DNA of 64,000 bases from positions 64,001 to 128,000 of IMG/VR virus record IMGVR_UViG_3300043432_000485; one strand, 5' to 3'. The notes under the pieces were generated by a model that did no database searches, was not told where the DNA came from, and saw nothing but the letters and a program-made list of their open reading frames with translations. This DNA comes from a virus. Its lineage: Duplodnaviria > Caudoviricetes. This document shows, one piece after another, positions 1 through 8,812 of the stretch. The position numbers were made by a program, and so were the translations under genes. The number at the start of each line of letters is the position of its first letter. The first letter of the stretch is position 1.

Positions 1-196
1 TTCAGCTGAACGTGGTGGGCGCCCGCCGGTCCGTGAATGCAAATGGGGATAAGCGTGGAAAAATCAATGAATTAGTCGTTGTTGGGCTTCCGGTTGGATT
101 TCAACCACCCGATATTACTACTGTTTTTGACTTGTTTGACTAAGCTTTCTATGGGCTGGCTCATAGTGTCTCTCTGAGACAGGAGTTACATCAATC

Positions 197-445
197 ATGC
201 GCGTTGGACATTTGGAACGTGACGTGGACTGTTCTGGCGTAAGCGGCACAGGCCGCGTAGCCGAGTTGGTCCGCTTCTCTGATGGTTCAGTGGCGATTCA
301 CTGGATGAGTGAACATCCATGCACTACCGTCTACAACAATCTGGAAGATCTGATTTACGTGCACGGTCACGGAGGAGCGACGCGAGTGGTTTGGGACGTT
401 CAAGAAATTGAACCCAACGCCAAGGAATCTGTCGAAGCTCACTGA
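197..445 (+). CDS. hypothetical phage protein
   Basis: 82 aa ORF with AGGAG SD upstream, at the head of the + strand operon. Confidence 0.6.
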   Translation: MRVGHLERDVDCSGVSGTGRVAELVRFSDGSVAIHWMSEHPCTTVYNNLEDLIYVHGHGGATRVVWDVQEIEPNAKESVEAH

Positions 446-451
446 GCCATC

Positions 452-457
452 GGTGTA
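452..457 (+). promoter_or_regulatory. GGTGTA element upstream of thyA
   Basis: GGTGTA lies 10 nt before the ATG at 468, with GGGGGA SD in between. Confidence 0.6.
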
Positions 458-467
458 GGTAGGGGGA

Positions 468-1355
468 ATGAAACCCTACCTAGATCTGCTGAGAACCGCA
501 CTGAATGGACGCGAACGAACCGACCGTACTGGAGTCGGTACCGTTGGCGTGTTCGGGTATCAGCTACGTGTGAACTTGGCCGATGGGTTCCCCCTGTTGA
601 CGACCAAGAAGATGTTCACCAAGGGCATCATTCACGAGCTGCTGTGGTTCATCAGCGGTGACACCCAAGTCAAATACCTGCAGGACAACGGGGTCAAGAT
701 CTGGGACGAATGGGCGACCGCAGAGCAATGCGCTCGCTTCAATCGTCTTCCGGGTGATCTTGGACCCGTCTATGGTTGGGCATGGCGGAGGTTCGGCGCG
801 GCCCCCAACACAGAGCGCTTCTTCGATGCTCAAGGGGAGCTGCGCCAAGGCCCAGGCTATGTTACGGAAGGCTCACGCGCTGGCGTTGATCAGTTGGCTC
901 GCGTGGTTGAGGACATCAAGCGCACTCCCGATAGCCGCCGGTTGATCGTGAGCGGCTGGCATCCAGAGTACGCGACCAAAGTCGCTCTTCCGCCGTGCCA
1001 CACGCTGTTTCAGTTCTACGTGCAAGACGGCGAGCTTAGCTGCCAGCTCTATCAGCGCTCAGCGGACATCTTCCTGGGCGTGCCGTTCAACATCGCGAGC
1101 TACGCTCTCTTGACAATGATGATCGCTCAGGTCACAGGACTCAAGCCCGGTGAGTTCATCCACACGTTTGGGGATGCTCATGTGTACAAGAACCACTTGA
1201 AGCAAGCTGAAGAGCAGCTCTCCAGGGATGCACGCCCGCTTCCCACCATGACCCTCAACCCAGACGTCAAGAGCCTCTTCGATTTCCGGTATGAGGACTT
1301 CAAACTCTCCGGGTACGATCCTCACCCAGCCATCAAAGCAGAGATCGCAGTATGA
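468..1355 (+). CDS. thyA: thymidylate synthase
   Basis: Motifs [21 protein letters not shown], catalytic [18 protein letters not shown] (dUMP-specifying Asn) and GDAHVY. Confidence 0.97.
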   Translation: MKPYLDLLRTALNGRERTDRTGVGTVGVFGYQLRVNLADGFPLLTTKKMFTKGIIHELLWFISGDTQVKYLQDNGVKIWDEWATAEQCARFNRLPGDLGPVYGWAWRRFGAAPNTERFFDAQGELRQGPGYVTEGSRAGVDQLARVVEDIKRTPDSRRLIVSGWHPEYATKVALPPCHTLFQFYVQDGELSCQLYQRSADIFLGVPFNIASYALLTMMIAQVTGLKPGEFIHTFGDAHVYKNHLKQAEEQLSRDARPLPTMTLNPDVKSLFDFRYEDFKLSGYDPHPAIKAEIAV

Positions 1356-1392
1356 CCTGGGGGTTCAATGATACCGAGCCCCGGGGAGAACC

Positions 1393-1536
1393 GTGGCCTC
1401 TCGAAGTATCCTAAAGATCCTAGAAGGGTTGCAGAAGAAGCGGGATAGGGATGATGACCTGGATCAGGCAATTGGAGCCGCGATAGCGGTTGGTCTGGTG
1501 GCCCTCGTATACATATGGCTATTCGTCACAAGATAG
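1393..1536 (+). CDS. small single-pass membrane protein (47 aa, not in ORF track)
   Basis: GTG start after GGGGAG; VASRSILKILEGLQKKRDRDDDLDQAIGAAIAVGLVALVYIWLFVTR*; fills the gap between thyA and dCMP deaminase. Confidence 0.5.
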   Translation: MASRSILKILEGLQKKRDRDDDLDQAIGAAIAVGLVALVYIWLFVTR

Positions 1537-1544
1537 GAAACAGC

Positions 1545-2030
1545 ATGAAGACAGAATCAGAAGCCCGTTGGGACAAGAAGTTCATGGACCTAGCCCTACA
1601 CATCAGCAGTTGGAGCAAGGATCGCTCCAGGAAAGTTGGTTGCGTGGTCGTAGGCCCGGACCATGAAGTACGGTCCATAGGTTACTCTGGGTTCCCACGT
1701 GGAGTCGACGATACCAAAGAGGAGCGCCACCAGCGCCCTGCAAAGTATGGTTGGACAGAGCATGCTGAACGCAATGCATTCTACAATGCGGCCCGCACAG
1801 GTACGTCCGTTTCCGGATGCACCATCTACATCCCCTGGTACCCATGTATCGATTGTGCCAGGGGTATAGTGCAAAGCGGCATCTCTCGCATGGTGGTCAC
1901 CGAGCCCAACTGGAATGACTCCATATGGGGGGACCAGTTCAAGATGGTCCGAGAAATGTTCGATGAGATCGGGCCTGGGGTCGTACAGGTGGACTTCGTG
2001 GATGGGCCGTCCATGGGTGACGCAAAATGA
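1545..2030 (+). CDS. dCMP deaminase (ComEB-like)
   Basis: SKDRSRKVGCV, GYSGFPRG, HAERNA and PCIDC zinc-binding motifs. The ATG at 1545 is preferred over 1515. Confidence 0.92.
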   Translation: MKTESEARWDKKFMDLALHISSWSKDRSRKVGCVVVGPDHEVRSIGYSGFPRGVDDTKEERHQRPAKYGWTEHAERNAFYNAARTGTSVSGCTIYIPWYPCIDCARGIVQSGISRMVVTEPNWNDSIWGDQFKMVREMFDEIGPGVVQVDFVDGPSMGDAK

Positions 2031-2488
2031 ACCTCACCCTCGTAGCAGCGATGACCCCGTCTCGTGTGATCGGACTCAACGGGGGCATCCCGTGGCATCT
2101 CCCGGAAGACATGAAGCACTTCCGGGCTGTCACCACCGGGCATCCCATCATCATGGGGCGCAAGACCTTTGATTCTATCGGCAAGCCTCTGCCCAAGCGT
2201 CGCAACATTGTGATCAGCCGAGACGCAAGCTTGAAGATCGAGGGGACCGAGGTCGTGGGAGACTTGCTATCCGCCCTCAATCTCACCAGGGAAGAGTCCC
2301 CGAGGATCATTGGAGGAGCGCAGATCTATGCCCTGGCCATGCCTATAGCCACCGAGATGATCCTCACCCTGCTCAAAGCAGAACACGAGGGGGACACATT
2401 CTTCCCGAAGTGGGACGCCGGGGAATGGACCCAGGTCGCATCTACCGAGACTGAAGCAGCCCACTACATCACGTATCAGAGGACGTGA
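2027..2488 (+). CDS. folA: dihydrofolate reductase
   Basis: VIGLNGGIPWHLPEDMKHF, IMGRKTFDSIGKPLPKRRNIV, IIGGAQIY and GDTFFP. Confidence 0.95.
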   Translation: MNLTLVAAMTPSRVIGLNGGIPWHLPEDMKHFRAVTTGHPIIMGRKTFDSIGKPLPKRRNIVISRDASLKIEGTEVVGDLLSALNLTREESPRIIGGAQIYALAMPIATEMILTLLKAEHEGDTFFPKWDAGEWTQVASTETEAAHYITYQRT

Positions 2489-2887
2489 ATGAAACCCCAC
2501 CTTCATGCCAAGAACTCCGCCAAGAAGTATGGCGGAGTTCCTGAGGACTACCAAGAGGTGCACGACTTCTTCGACAGCTCCAAGGCAGCTGTTCCGGACG
2601 TTCGGCACAGGGCGATCCTCCATAGTGCCTTCGGGATCTTCCTCCTGGAGAGGGTGTTCGGTATCACGATCACCAACTCAGAGGGCAAGAAGGTATCGGT
2701 CCGAGACCTAGGCGAGGATCACGTATTGGAGGATCTCGGGTTCATCCCCACCATGGAACGCTGGCTCAAGAACATGCCAATCGAGGGTTGGATGGGTGGG
2801 GCGCGACGCAAGCAAGTTCACCGTTTTGAGGCCTACACGAAAGAGGAACAAGATGACAACGCAAACGACGCTCAAAGAGTTGACTGA
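2489..2887 (+). CDS. DUF6915-like protein
   Basis: H-x-x-x-SAKKYGG..EDY..VH.FFD.SK...D.RHRA.LH and H..ED.GFIP pattern, recalled as DUF6915. Confidence 0.65.
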   Translation: MKPHLHAKNSAKKYGGVPEDYQEVHDFFDSSKAAVPDVRHRAILHSAFGIFLLERVFGITITNSEGKKVSVRDLGEDHVLEDLGFIPTMERWLKNMPIEGWMGGARRKQVHRFEAYTKEEQDDNANDAQRVD

Positions 2888-3302
2888 TCAGTTGGAAGCC
2901 CTTCGGGCGCGGTTCGCCGTAGAAGGTAAGGCAGCCGTCCATGAGTCCCTGAAGGACCTGTTTCAGAAGCACCCGTTGCTCAGTGAGATCCATTGGACTC
3001 AGTACACACCATGGTTCAATGACGGGGAGCCTTGCGTATTCCACACGCATGACATCGACTACACGTTTGATGGCACCGAGTATGAGTCGTACGATGACCC
3101 CGGCAAGAAGTGGGATCGCGTGGGTCAAAAGTACGTGTCCGTTCAAGTCCCCGCTCCGCTGGCCGACGCCTACCGGGCTGTCAAAGAGTTGCACGATCAG
3201 TTCTCGTCCGCCGAAGAGGTCATGCAACAAGTGTTCGGGGATCACGTCAAGGTGACAGCCACCAAGGACGGTATCTCAGTCGATGAGTACGAGCACGACT
3301 GA
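2853..3302 (+). CDS. hypothetical protein
   Basis: ATG at 2853 after GAGGA; contains WTQYTPWFNDGEPCVF; last gene of the + strand operon. Confidence 0.65.
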   Translation: MTTQTTLKELTDQLEALRARFAVEGKAAVHESLKDLFQKHPLLSEIHWTQYTPWFNDGEPCVFHTHDIDYTFDGTEYESYDDPGKKWDRVGQKYVSVQVPAPLADAYRAVKELHDQFSSAEEVMQQVFGDHVKVTATKDGISVDEYEHD

Positions 3303-3305
3303 ACT

Positions 3306-4190
3306 TCAGACCTGGAGCCACGTGGAACGATGCATCCATGGCTCCAGGGCATGCAAGAAGATCCCGACCGCCTTACGCCATTTCTCCTGATTGTGCTTGG
3401 CCAAGACCTCGAACAGTCCTTGGCCAAGCATCGAGAACTCGGGGGTGAGAGCACGGGGAATTACGACCTTCCTCTTCGCTCCCCTCGTGTAGAGCGCCAG
3501 TAACTCCGGGAGTCGTTTTTGAATGTCGTCTCGGGTGGCCGGAGCATCTTCTAGATCAGGATCTCCGGTCCGTTCGTATTCCAAGGCCATGTCCCGGATG
3601 TGCCGGAGCTTGTTCTCCCACTTGCGGATCTCATCCTTGAGCACAGTGTAGAACTCGACGTCATCCAGTCGGTGCCGAGTGAACTTGTCCCCCCTGGCAT
3701 TCTGATCGACCTCATCCAGCATACGAGCTGGAGGGACACCGGGTTTTGCCGGCACCCCCGCCGCGTCCAGGACTTCGCCCATGAAATGTTGGGTCCAGTG
3801 AGTCAGCTCATGCTCGACTGTTTCCACGTCAGGCCCGGATGAAAGGACTGTTGGGAACAGCTCGATCAACCTAGTCCCATGGTTGCGACCACCGACGGCT
3901 TGGGATTTGGGTTTGAACTGGACCTTCACAGTCAAGGAGACCGGTAGGACTGAGTCCAAAGCTTCCTTCAGACTAGACATGCGAGGATAGTACCGCCACC
4001 CTTGCAAGGTATGATCGGTGACCTCGAATGTCTTAGAGACAACGTTCTTGGGCTTCTTGGCCCCTTTTCTCTCGGCCCACACGCCAGTGAGCCAATCGAG
4101 GATGTCCTGTAGCAAGAGAGGCGGGACCGCCACTAGTCCGGCATGTCTCAGGAACCTGTCCAGCACAACCTGGGAAGAGACCGTGTCCAT
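3306..4190 (-). CDS. putative zincin-like metallopeptidase, possibly virion-internal
   Basis: HELTH (HExxH) plus downstream HRLDDVEFY; N-terminal VVLDRFLRHAG tag. Confidence 0.55.
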   Translation of the reverse strand: MDTVSSQVVLDRFLRHAGLVAVPPLLLQDILDWLTGVWAERKGAKKPKNVVSKTFEVTDHTLQGWRYYPRMSSLKEALDSVLPVSLTVKVQFKPKSQAVGGRNHGTRLIELFPTVLSSGPDVETVEHELTHWTQHFMGEVLDAAGVPAKPGVPPARMLDEVDQNARGDKFTRHRLDDVEFYTVLKDEIRKWENKLRHIRDMALEYERTGDPDLEDAPATRDDIQKRLPELLALYTRGAKRKVVIPRALTPEFSMLGQGLFEVLAKHNQEKWRKAVGIFLHALEPWMHRSTWLQV

Positions 4191-6391
4191 CAGTCGTCCA
4201 GCTTGTCGATGATGGTGCCGTCTTTCATGTACGCGGGCTCCATCCCCGGAGCCAGGTACTGATTGCTCAGCGTGCTGGGTTCGTGCCCGAGTTCCTCTGC
4301 AACCTCTTCCAAGGCCTCTTCGAACTCGGCCTTGAGCTTCTCTTCCTTATCCTTGGGGTCAGACGGGAGAGTGCCTTTACGCGCCTTCTTGAGGGCCTTC
4401 TGCATGAGACTGTTGGCACTTAATCCGCGCAAGTCCTTGGCTGTGATCTCAAATGGCTCAAGGTACTCATTCACCTTGGCGGCCGTTATCGTTACATCGT
4501 CATTCGAGAACAGGCAGCCATCCTTGCCATCGGCTTCTTTGTATGCCTGACGCAACGCCGATAGGATAGCAGGGGTTGACACGGTCTTCTCGTGTTTCAC
4601 TCCGGACTTCCCCACGTACTTGATGGCCGCGCTCCCGGACCCCAACGTGATGTGGCTCTTCTTCCAGCCAGTCACCCCGTAGTGGGGATCACCTGAATCG
4701 TTCTTCTCACCCTTGGCTGACTCCTCGTTGCCCACTCGTTCATGGGTCTCGTCAATCAAGGCAACCGCCAAAGCAACCATTCTAGTTTCGGGGTCCTTTG
4801 CCTTCAGGTCCGACTTGTACTTGGCACGCAGCTTGTCCACCTTGCCACTGAATTTCTCCAGACGCTCGGCCTTGTCATTGTTCCGCTTGGAGACGGCCTT
4901 GTCAGAGTAGACATAGACGGTAGTCTTCCCCTTGCCGTTGGCCTTAGGGACTTCCTTCTTCTCCGTGTACTTGGCCAGCACCACATTGGGCAGATCAGCC
5001 GGACTCAACTCCAGGTTGCCGTCCAACAGCGCATCGGCCATCGAGTCATTGTCGTCCCAGTTGAAAGCTCGGCCCTCGCTAGGCAAGTTGGCCGGCACAC
5101 CGGTGAACCGCTCCAGCACTTTGAGAGAGATGTTGAGTGCGTTTCGGTAGCGTGATAGGACTTTCTCAGCCTGGCTCGCTGTCCTGACTCCAGGAAGGAT
5201 CATCTGCAACCAGTGCAACACCAATGGGTCAACGGTGCGGGGGCCATAACCAACCAACATCCCGATTGCTTCACAGAAAGCCTCCTCAGGATTCTTACCG
5301 GCATACCCGGTGATTGGATTCTGAGGGACGGTGAACACCTTGCCAGCCGCGAGTGCCGCCTCGAACTCTTCCCTAGATTGGATGTCCCTGGAGGACCGGT
5401 CATGGTTGCGCCCCAGCAGGTCCATCTGGATCGCGAGCGTTGGATCCTTGTCCTTCAGTAGCTCTGGCATTTGAAACAGCCAAGCCCCCTTGGGCCAAAT
5501 TTCCAATGCTCGTTGAGCGTCAAAGGGTCCATAGTTACCCCTGACGGCAGTGTTCCAGAACTCCTGGTCTGAGCCACTAAGATAGACACGATACAAGTGA
5601 TGCCCCATCTCATGGGCTATCACGTGAGCCATCTCGTTTCCGTGCTTGTAATCCCCAAAGGCGGACATGATGATCTCGATATGGTCACCCTTGTAGATCC
5701 CGCCCTCATCAAGCTTACGCAGGTACGCGATCAGCTTGATCGGCAGCATAGTCTTCAGCATCAGCGGAAGCACCTGTTGAGCCCGCTTCTTGAAGATTTT
5801 CAGGCCCTCTCGGAAGCGCTCCATATACTCGGCTTGACGCTCTTGATTGGACTCATAGTCGTAACCCACCACCGTGACAGTGAACCCCTCGATAGTGACC
5901 TTCTCCTGGTCCGGTATCTTTGCAGAGAACCCAGGCTTCTTGGTCACGCGCTGGTAGTACTGCAGGCACTCATCGAAGTCCTTCCAGAATACTCGCGCTT
6001 TGCCCTTGATCCGGGTGGCCCACTTCTCACTCTTGGTACTCAGAGTGTAGAGAGCCGCTCCCTCGGACATACTGTCGTACTCACCTCCCACCGTCGGTAG
6101 AGGGAAATCCAGTTCGATGTAGAAACCCCAAGCTGACTTGCGCAGCTTCTTGTCAATGTACTGCTTGTCGCTGTCTGACAGGTCTTCACTGTACTTGAAG
6201 TCATGGTTCAAGAAGTGATCGAAGAACACCTCGTTGAAGTTGCGCTTGAACGTCTTGACTGCATCCCTAAGGAGAGCCCCGTCCTGGTAGGTCTTGACCC
6301 TCGGGACGTTCTTCATCAAGGTCAGGAAGTCCTTGCGCAGCTTCTCGATGTAGGGTGAATCGAGGGTGATCTCTTTGGCCGTCTTGTTCAC
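4190..6391 (-). CDS. fusion of HExxH metallopeptidase and DNA topoisomerase IB
   Basis: HEMGH and ITGYAGKNPEEAFCE in the N-terminal half. The C-terminal part has TopoIB residues HERVGN (R), VGKSG (K), KDLRGLSAN (R) and LGHEPSTLSNQYL (H, Y). The GTG at 6391 overlaps the upstream TGA (GTGA). Confidence 0.82.
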   Translation of the reverse strand: MNKTAKEITLDSPYIEKLRKDFLTLMKNVPRVKTYQDGALLRDAVKTFKRNFNEVFFDHFLNHDFKYSEDLSDSDKQYIDKKLRKSAWGFYIELDFPLPTVGGEYDSMSEGAALYTLSTKSEKWATRIKGKARVFWKDFDECLQYYQRVTKKPGFSAKIPDQEKVTIEGFTVTVVGYDYESNQERQAEYMERFREGLKIFKKRAQQVLPLMLKTMLPIKLIAYLRKLDEGGIYKGDHIEIIMSAFGDYKHGNEMAHVIAHEMGHHLYRVYLSGSDQEFWNTAVRGNYGPFDAQRALEIWPKGAWLFQMPELLKDKDPTLAIQMDLLGRNHDRSSRDIQSREEFEAALAAGKVFTVPQNPITGYAGKNPEEAFCEAIGMLVGYGPRTVDPLVLHWLQMILPGVRTASQAEKVLSRYRNALNISLKVLERFTGVPANLPSEGRAFNWDDNDSMADALLDGNLELSPADLPNVVLAKYTEKKEVPKANGKGKTTVYVYSDKAVSKRNNDKAERLEKFSGKVDKLRAKYKSDLKAKDPETRMVALAVALIDETHERVGNEESAKGEKNDSGDPHYGVTGWKKSHITLGSGSAAIKYVGKSGVKHEKTVSTPAILSALRQAYKEADGKDGCLFSNDDVTITAAKVNEYLEPFEITAKDLRGLSANSLMQKALKKARKGTLPSDPKDKEEKLKAEFEEALEEVAEELGHEPSTLSNQYLAPGMEPAYMKDGTIIDKLDD

Positions 6392-6891
6392 TGGGTGCCA
6401 CCAATTCTGCGCAGGTCCCGCAGCGCTGCCTTCAGCGACGGCCAGCCCATGTCCTCGCACCAAACGGATCCGCTGCGGTGCAAGGATTGGAACCGCTGCG
6501 GCCCGGACCCCATGTCCTGGATCCGGCACATCCCATCCTCGCTAGCCCAGACCGTTATCCCCGCGGGATCATCGTCCTCGACAAATTGGGAGGCCTGGGC
6601 CGTGCGGTATCGGGAGGCAACCGCCGCCTTCTTCTTTCGAAGCTGCTCGGTTTCCTCATCGTAGATCTTCTTGAACTTGGCCGAATCTTCCTCATTCATA
6701 AGCCGATAAGGTAGTAGATTCCTAGTCTTAGACTTCTTCCGCCCCTTGGGGACGGGCTCTATCTCTACCTTGAGGGTCTCCCCTTCACGGCGCACGTCCG
6801 TGATGATGCCCGCCCGGTTCTTGAACCGTCCGAACCACACGAACATGCCCGGCTTCGGGTCAGGGATCTTGATCGTGGTTTCTTCGGTCAT
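6388..6891 (-). CDS. hypothetical protein with V-x-x-R-Y tag
   Basis: 167 aa; SH3-like beta-rich N-terminus; internal AAVASRYRTA. Confidence 0.65.
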   Translation of the reverse strand: MTEETTIKIPDPKPGMFVWFGRFKNRAGIITDVRREGETLKVEIEPVPKGRKKSKTRNLLPYRLMNEEDSAKFKKIYDEETEQLRKKKAAVASRYRTAQASQFVEDDDPAGITVWASEDGMCRIQDMGSGPQRFQSLHRSGSVWCEDMGWPSLKAALRDLRRIGGTQ

Positions 6892-6927
6892 CCTGATAGG
6901 ACCTTTGATAAGAGCACTACTCCAGAG

Positions 6928-7248
6928 TCAGAACCAGATCTCGGTGATCTCTAGGTCAGGTACACCGACTGGCACCCGGATCAACCCGTAGGGAATGACC
7001 GCCCTCGCTTCCAGCATTGAGTCCGAGCGGATCCTAGGTTCCGTGGCTGTCCGGATCTGACCCGTAGGGGACACTTGCCAGTGCCGCACCACGAAGGACA
7101 GGTACGGATTGGTTTCCCTGTGGACCACCCAGATATTGGTGGCTCCACAGGAGTCCGTTCGTACCCTCCACTCGGCTGGGATCTGGGTACCAAGAGGGCC
7201 TACGATGGCTCTCACCCATCTAGGCTTGTATGGCTGCCGCGGCGACAT
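6928..7248 (-). CDS. hypothetical protein
   Basis: Likely start MSPRQPYKPRW at 7248; fills the gap below the DHH gene. Confidence 0.5.
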   Translation of the reverse strand: MSPRQPYKPRWVRAIVGPLGTQIPAEWRVRTDSCGATNIWVVHRETNPYLSFVVRHWQVSPTGQIRTATEPRIRSDSMLEARAVIPYGLIRVPVGVPDLEITEIWF

Positions 7249-8278
7249 TGGACTCGTATCTTCCAAGAGCAGACGCAAACAGGGAGTAAGGATCCTGGCT
7301 TCCAGTTCTTGGGTCAAACTGTATAGCGAAGCCTGCAGCCTTAGTATGACCGCCACCGCCCAGTGACTTGCAGAAAGATGCGCAGTCGAAGTCGGTGTGG
7401 GATCTGACTGAGAATACGACTTTGGCGACTCCATCTGCCTCGATGCCCACGTAACCGAAGCCGACAACCAGGTCAGCCTCCCGCCCGAGCAACTCAGCCG
7501 CGTCACTAGCGATGGGGGAATGGCCCGAGAACAGCTTCACCCGGGTGCCACGGGGTGTGGTGAAACCGTAGGCACCCTCGACGGCGCGCTTGACCGTCTT
7601 CTGATGCTTTTCAATCAGAACCTTTCCAAGTGACTTTCGATCCTGCCACAGCTTCAAGTTGGCTTCCTTGAACGGGCGCTTGATGGCCAGCCAGGCTTCG
7701 ATTGGCATGAATCGAAGGGCCTCCACCAGCACGCTGGCATCCCCCCAAAACGGGTCCTTGGTCTGCCAGGTGTCACGCACCCCGGACAGATGCGCGAAAT
7801 GGGCTGCTTCCGCTACCTCGTAGAGTGAGTCCTGTCTCAGCTCGTCAAGGTCATCCTCTTCTGTCAAAGTCCCTGCATAGGCCAAAGCATCAAGGTCCAG
7901 TCGAACTTGATGCAGGGGCAGCCAGACCTCCCGATAGGCCAGCACCGCCCCGCACACTCCGGGATCCGTGACCTCATCACCGAACACCCCATTCTCACCG
8001 AACATCGCTACAACAGCTTTGGCCGTCTTATGATGGTCAAGCACCAGGGCGCCAGCATCAACAAACTCCTGAGCGCGCTCCGGGAGAGGAGAGAAGTCAC
8101 ACCACAGTTGGTTGGGGCCAGGGGTAAACGCCCGGTACTCTGGGGTGTTGTATTGCAGGAAGTGGATCTTCACATCCGGAAGCACATCGTGGATCAAGAT
8201 CGCTGTCGCAACCCCATCCGCACAAGAGTCATGCGTGATGACATCGGTGATAGTCAGTAGCTTGGAGATTGGAATCAT
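7220..8278 (-). CDS. DHH/DHHA1-family phosphoesterase
   Basis: THDSCADG, WCDFS, VLDHH and C-terminal GGGGHTKAAGF. Confidence 0.85.
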   Translation of the reverse strand: MIPISKLLTITDVITHDSCADGVATAILIHDVLPDVKIHFLQYNTPEYRAFTPGPNQLWCDFSPLPERAQEFVDAGALVLDHHKTAKAVVAMFGENGVFGDEVTDPGVCGAVLAYREVWLPLHQVRLDLDALAYAGTLTEEDDLDELRQDSLYEVAEAAHFAHLSGVRDTWQTKDPFWGDASVLVEALRFMPIEAWLAIKRPFKEANLKLWQDRKSLGKVLIEKHQKTVKRAVEGAYGFTTPRGTRVKLFSGHSPIASDAAELLGREADLVVGFGYVGIEADGVAKVVFSVRSHTDFDCASFCKSLGGGGHTKAAGFAIQFDPRTGSQDPYSLFASALGRYESNVAAAAIQA

Positions 8279-8290
8279 AGGTCATAGATG

Positions 8291-8296
8291 TACACC
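8291..8296 (-). promoter_or_regulatory. GGTGTA element upstream of DHH gene
   Basis: 12 nt before the ATG at 8278. Confidence 0.55.
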
Positions 8297-8302
8297 GATA
8301 GT

Positions 8303-8812
8303 TCAACCGAAGTCGTATACTGTCACTGAAACATCTGAGAGTTGTCGGACGATGATGGGCTCAACAGCATCCCAACTTCCCCCACCGAGACCTGTTCCGA
8401 TCCTGGGCATGAACACAGACGCTCCTAGTTGTTTGGCCAACACTGCCACCTTTCCCAAGCACTTTTCCAGAGCCCCATATCGTATGGGTGGGGTCGAATT
8501 AGGTACCGACGATTGGTGCAAAGCTTGGTTGTTTATCCCATAACCAGACTGTGCAATGCAATTCACTACATGAAGGTTAGGCGCGACTTTAATCGCTTGA
8601 ATGTTCCCAAGTTCGAACGCCTGACCCTCCCAGTACTTCTGGCGGAACCACTGTCGATAGGCTGCTTCAGGTTCAGGCCAACGCTTGGAGATTGCAAGTA
8701 CGAATCCGGCGCCCCATCCATTTTTGTCGTTTGACACGTGTACGAGCAGACCGTGTTGCTCAGGGGTTACACCAGGTCTAGTTGCGTCCCCTTTTTTGTA
8801 CGTGATTGCCAT
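8303..8812 (-). CDS. Macro-domain (Appr-1''-p processing / ADP-ribosylhydrolase) protein
   Basis: YKKGDAT, HVSNDKNGWGAGF, VVNCIAQ and MPRIGTGLGGGSW. Confidence 0.85.
   Translation of the reverse strand: MAITYKKGDATRPGVTPEQHGLLVHVSNDKNGWGAGFVLAISKRWPEPEAAYRQWFRQKYWEGQAFELGNIQAIKVAPNLHVVNCIAQSGYGINNQALHQSSVPNSTPPIRYGALEKCLGKVAVLAKQLGASVFMPRIGTGLGGGSWDAVEPIIVRQLSDVSVTVYDFG

Noticed and set aside
167-181. Hairpin TGTCTC-TCT-GAGACA before the first SD
   Set aside because: Short stem with no U-tract and no independent support.
468-1355. ThyA as a hypermodifying dU or dC hydroxymethylase
   Set aside because: It keeps the canonical dUMP-specifying Asn and catalytic motifs and sits with DHFR and dCMP deaminase.
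6392-6529. ORF-track N-terminal extension of the peptidase-TopoIB gene
   Set aside because: It overlaps the upstream gene by about 140 nt. The GTG at 6391 gives a standard GTGA coupling.
8768-8773. GGTGTA copies at 8768, 6961, 41163 and 49637
   Set aside because: They lie inside coding sequence, or far more than 12 nt from the next start. A hexamer occurs often by chance in 64 kb.
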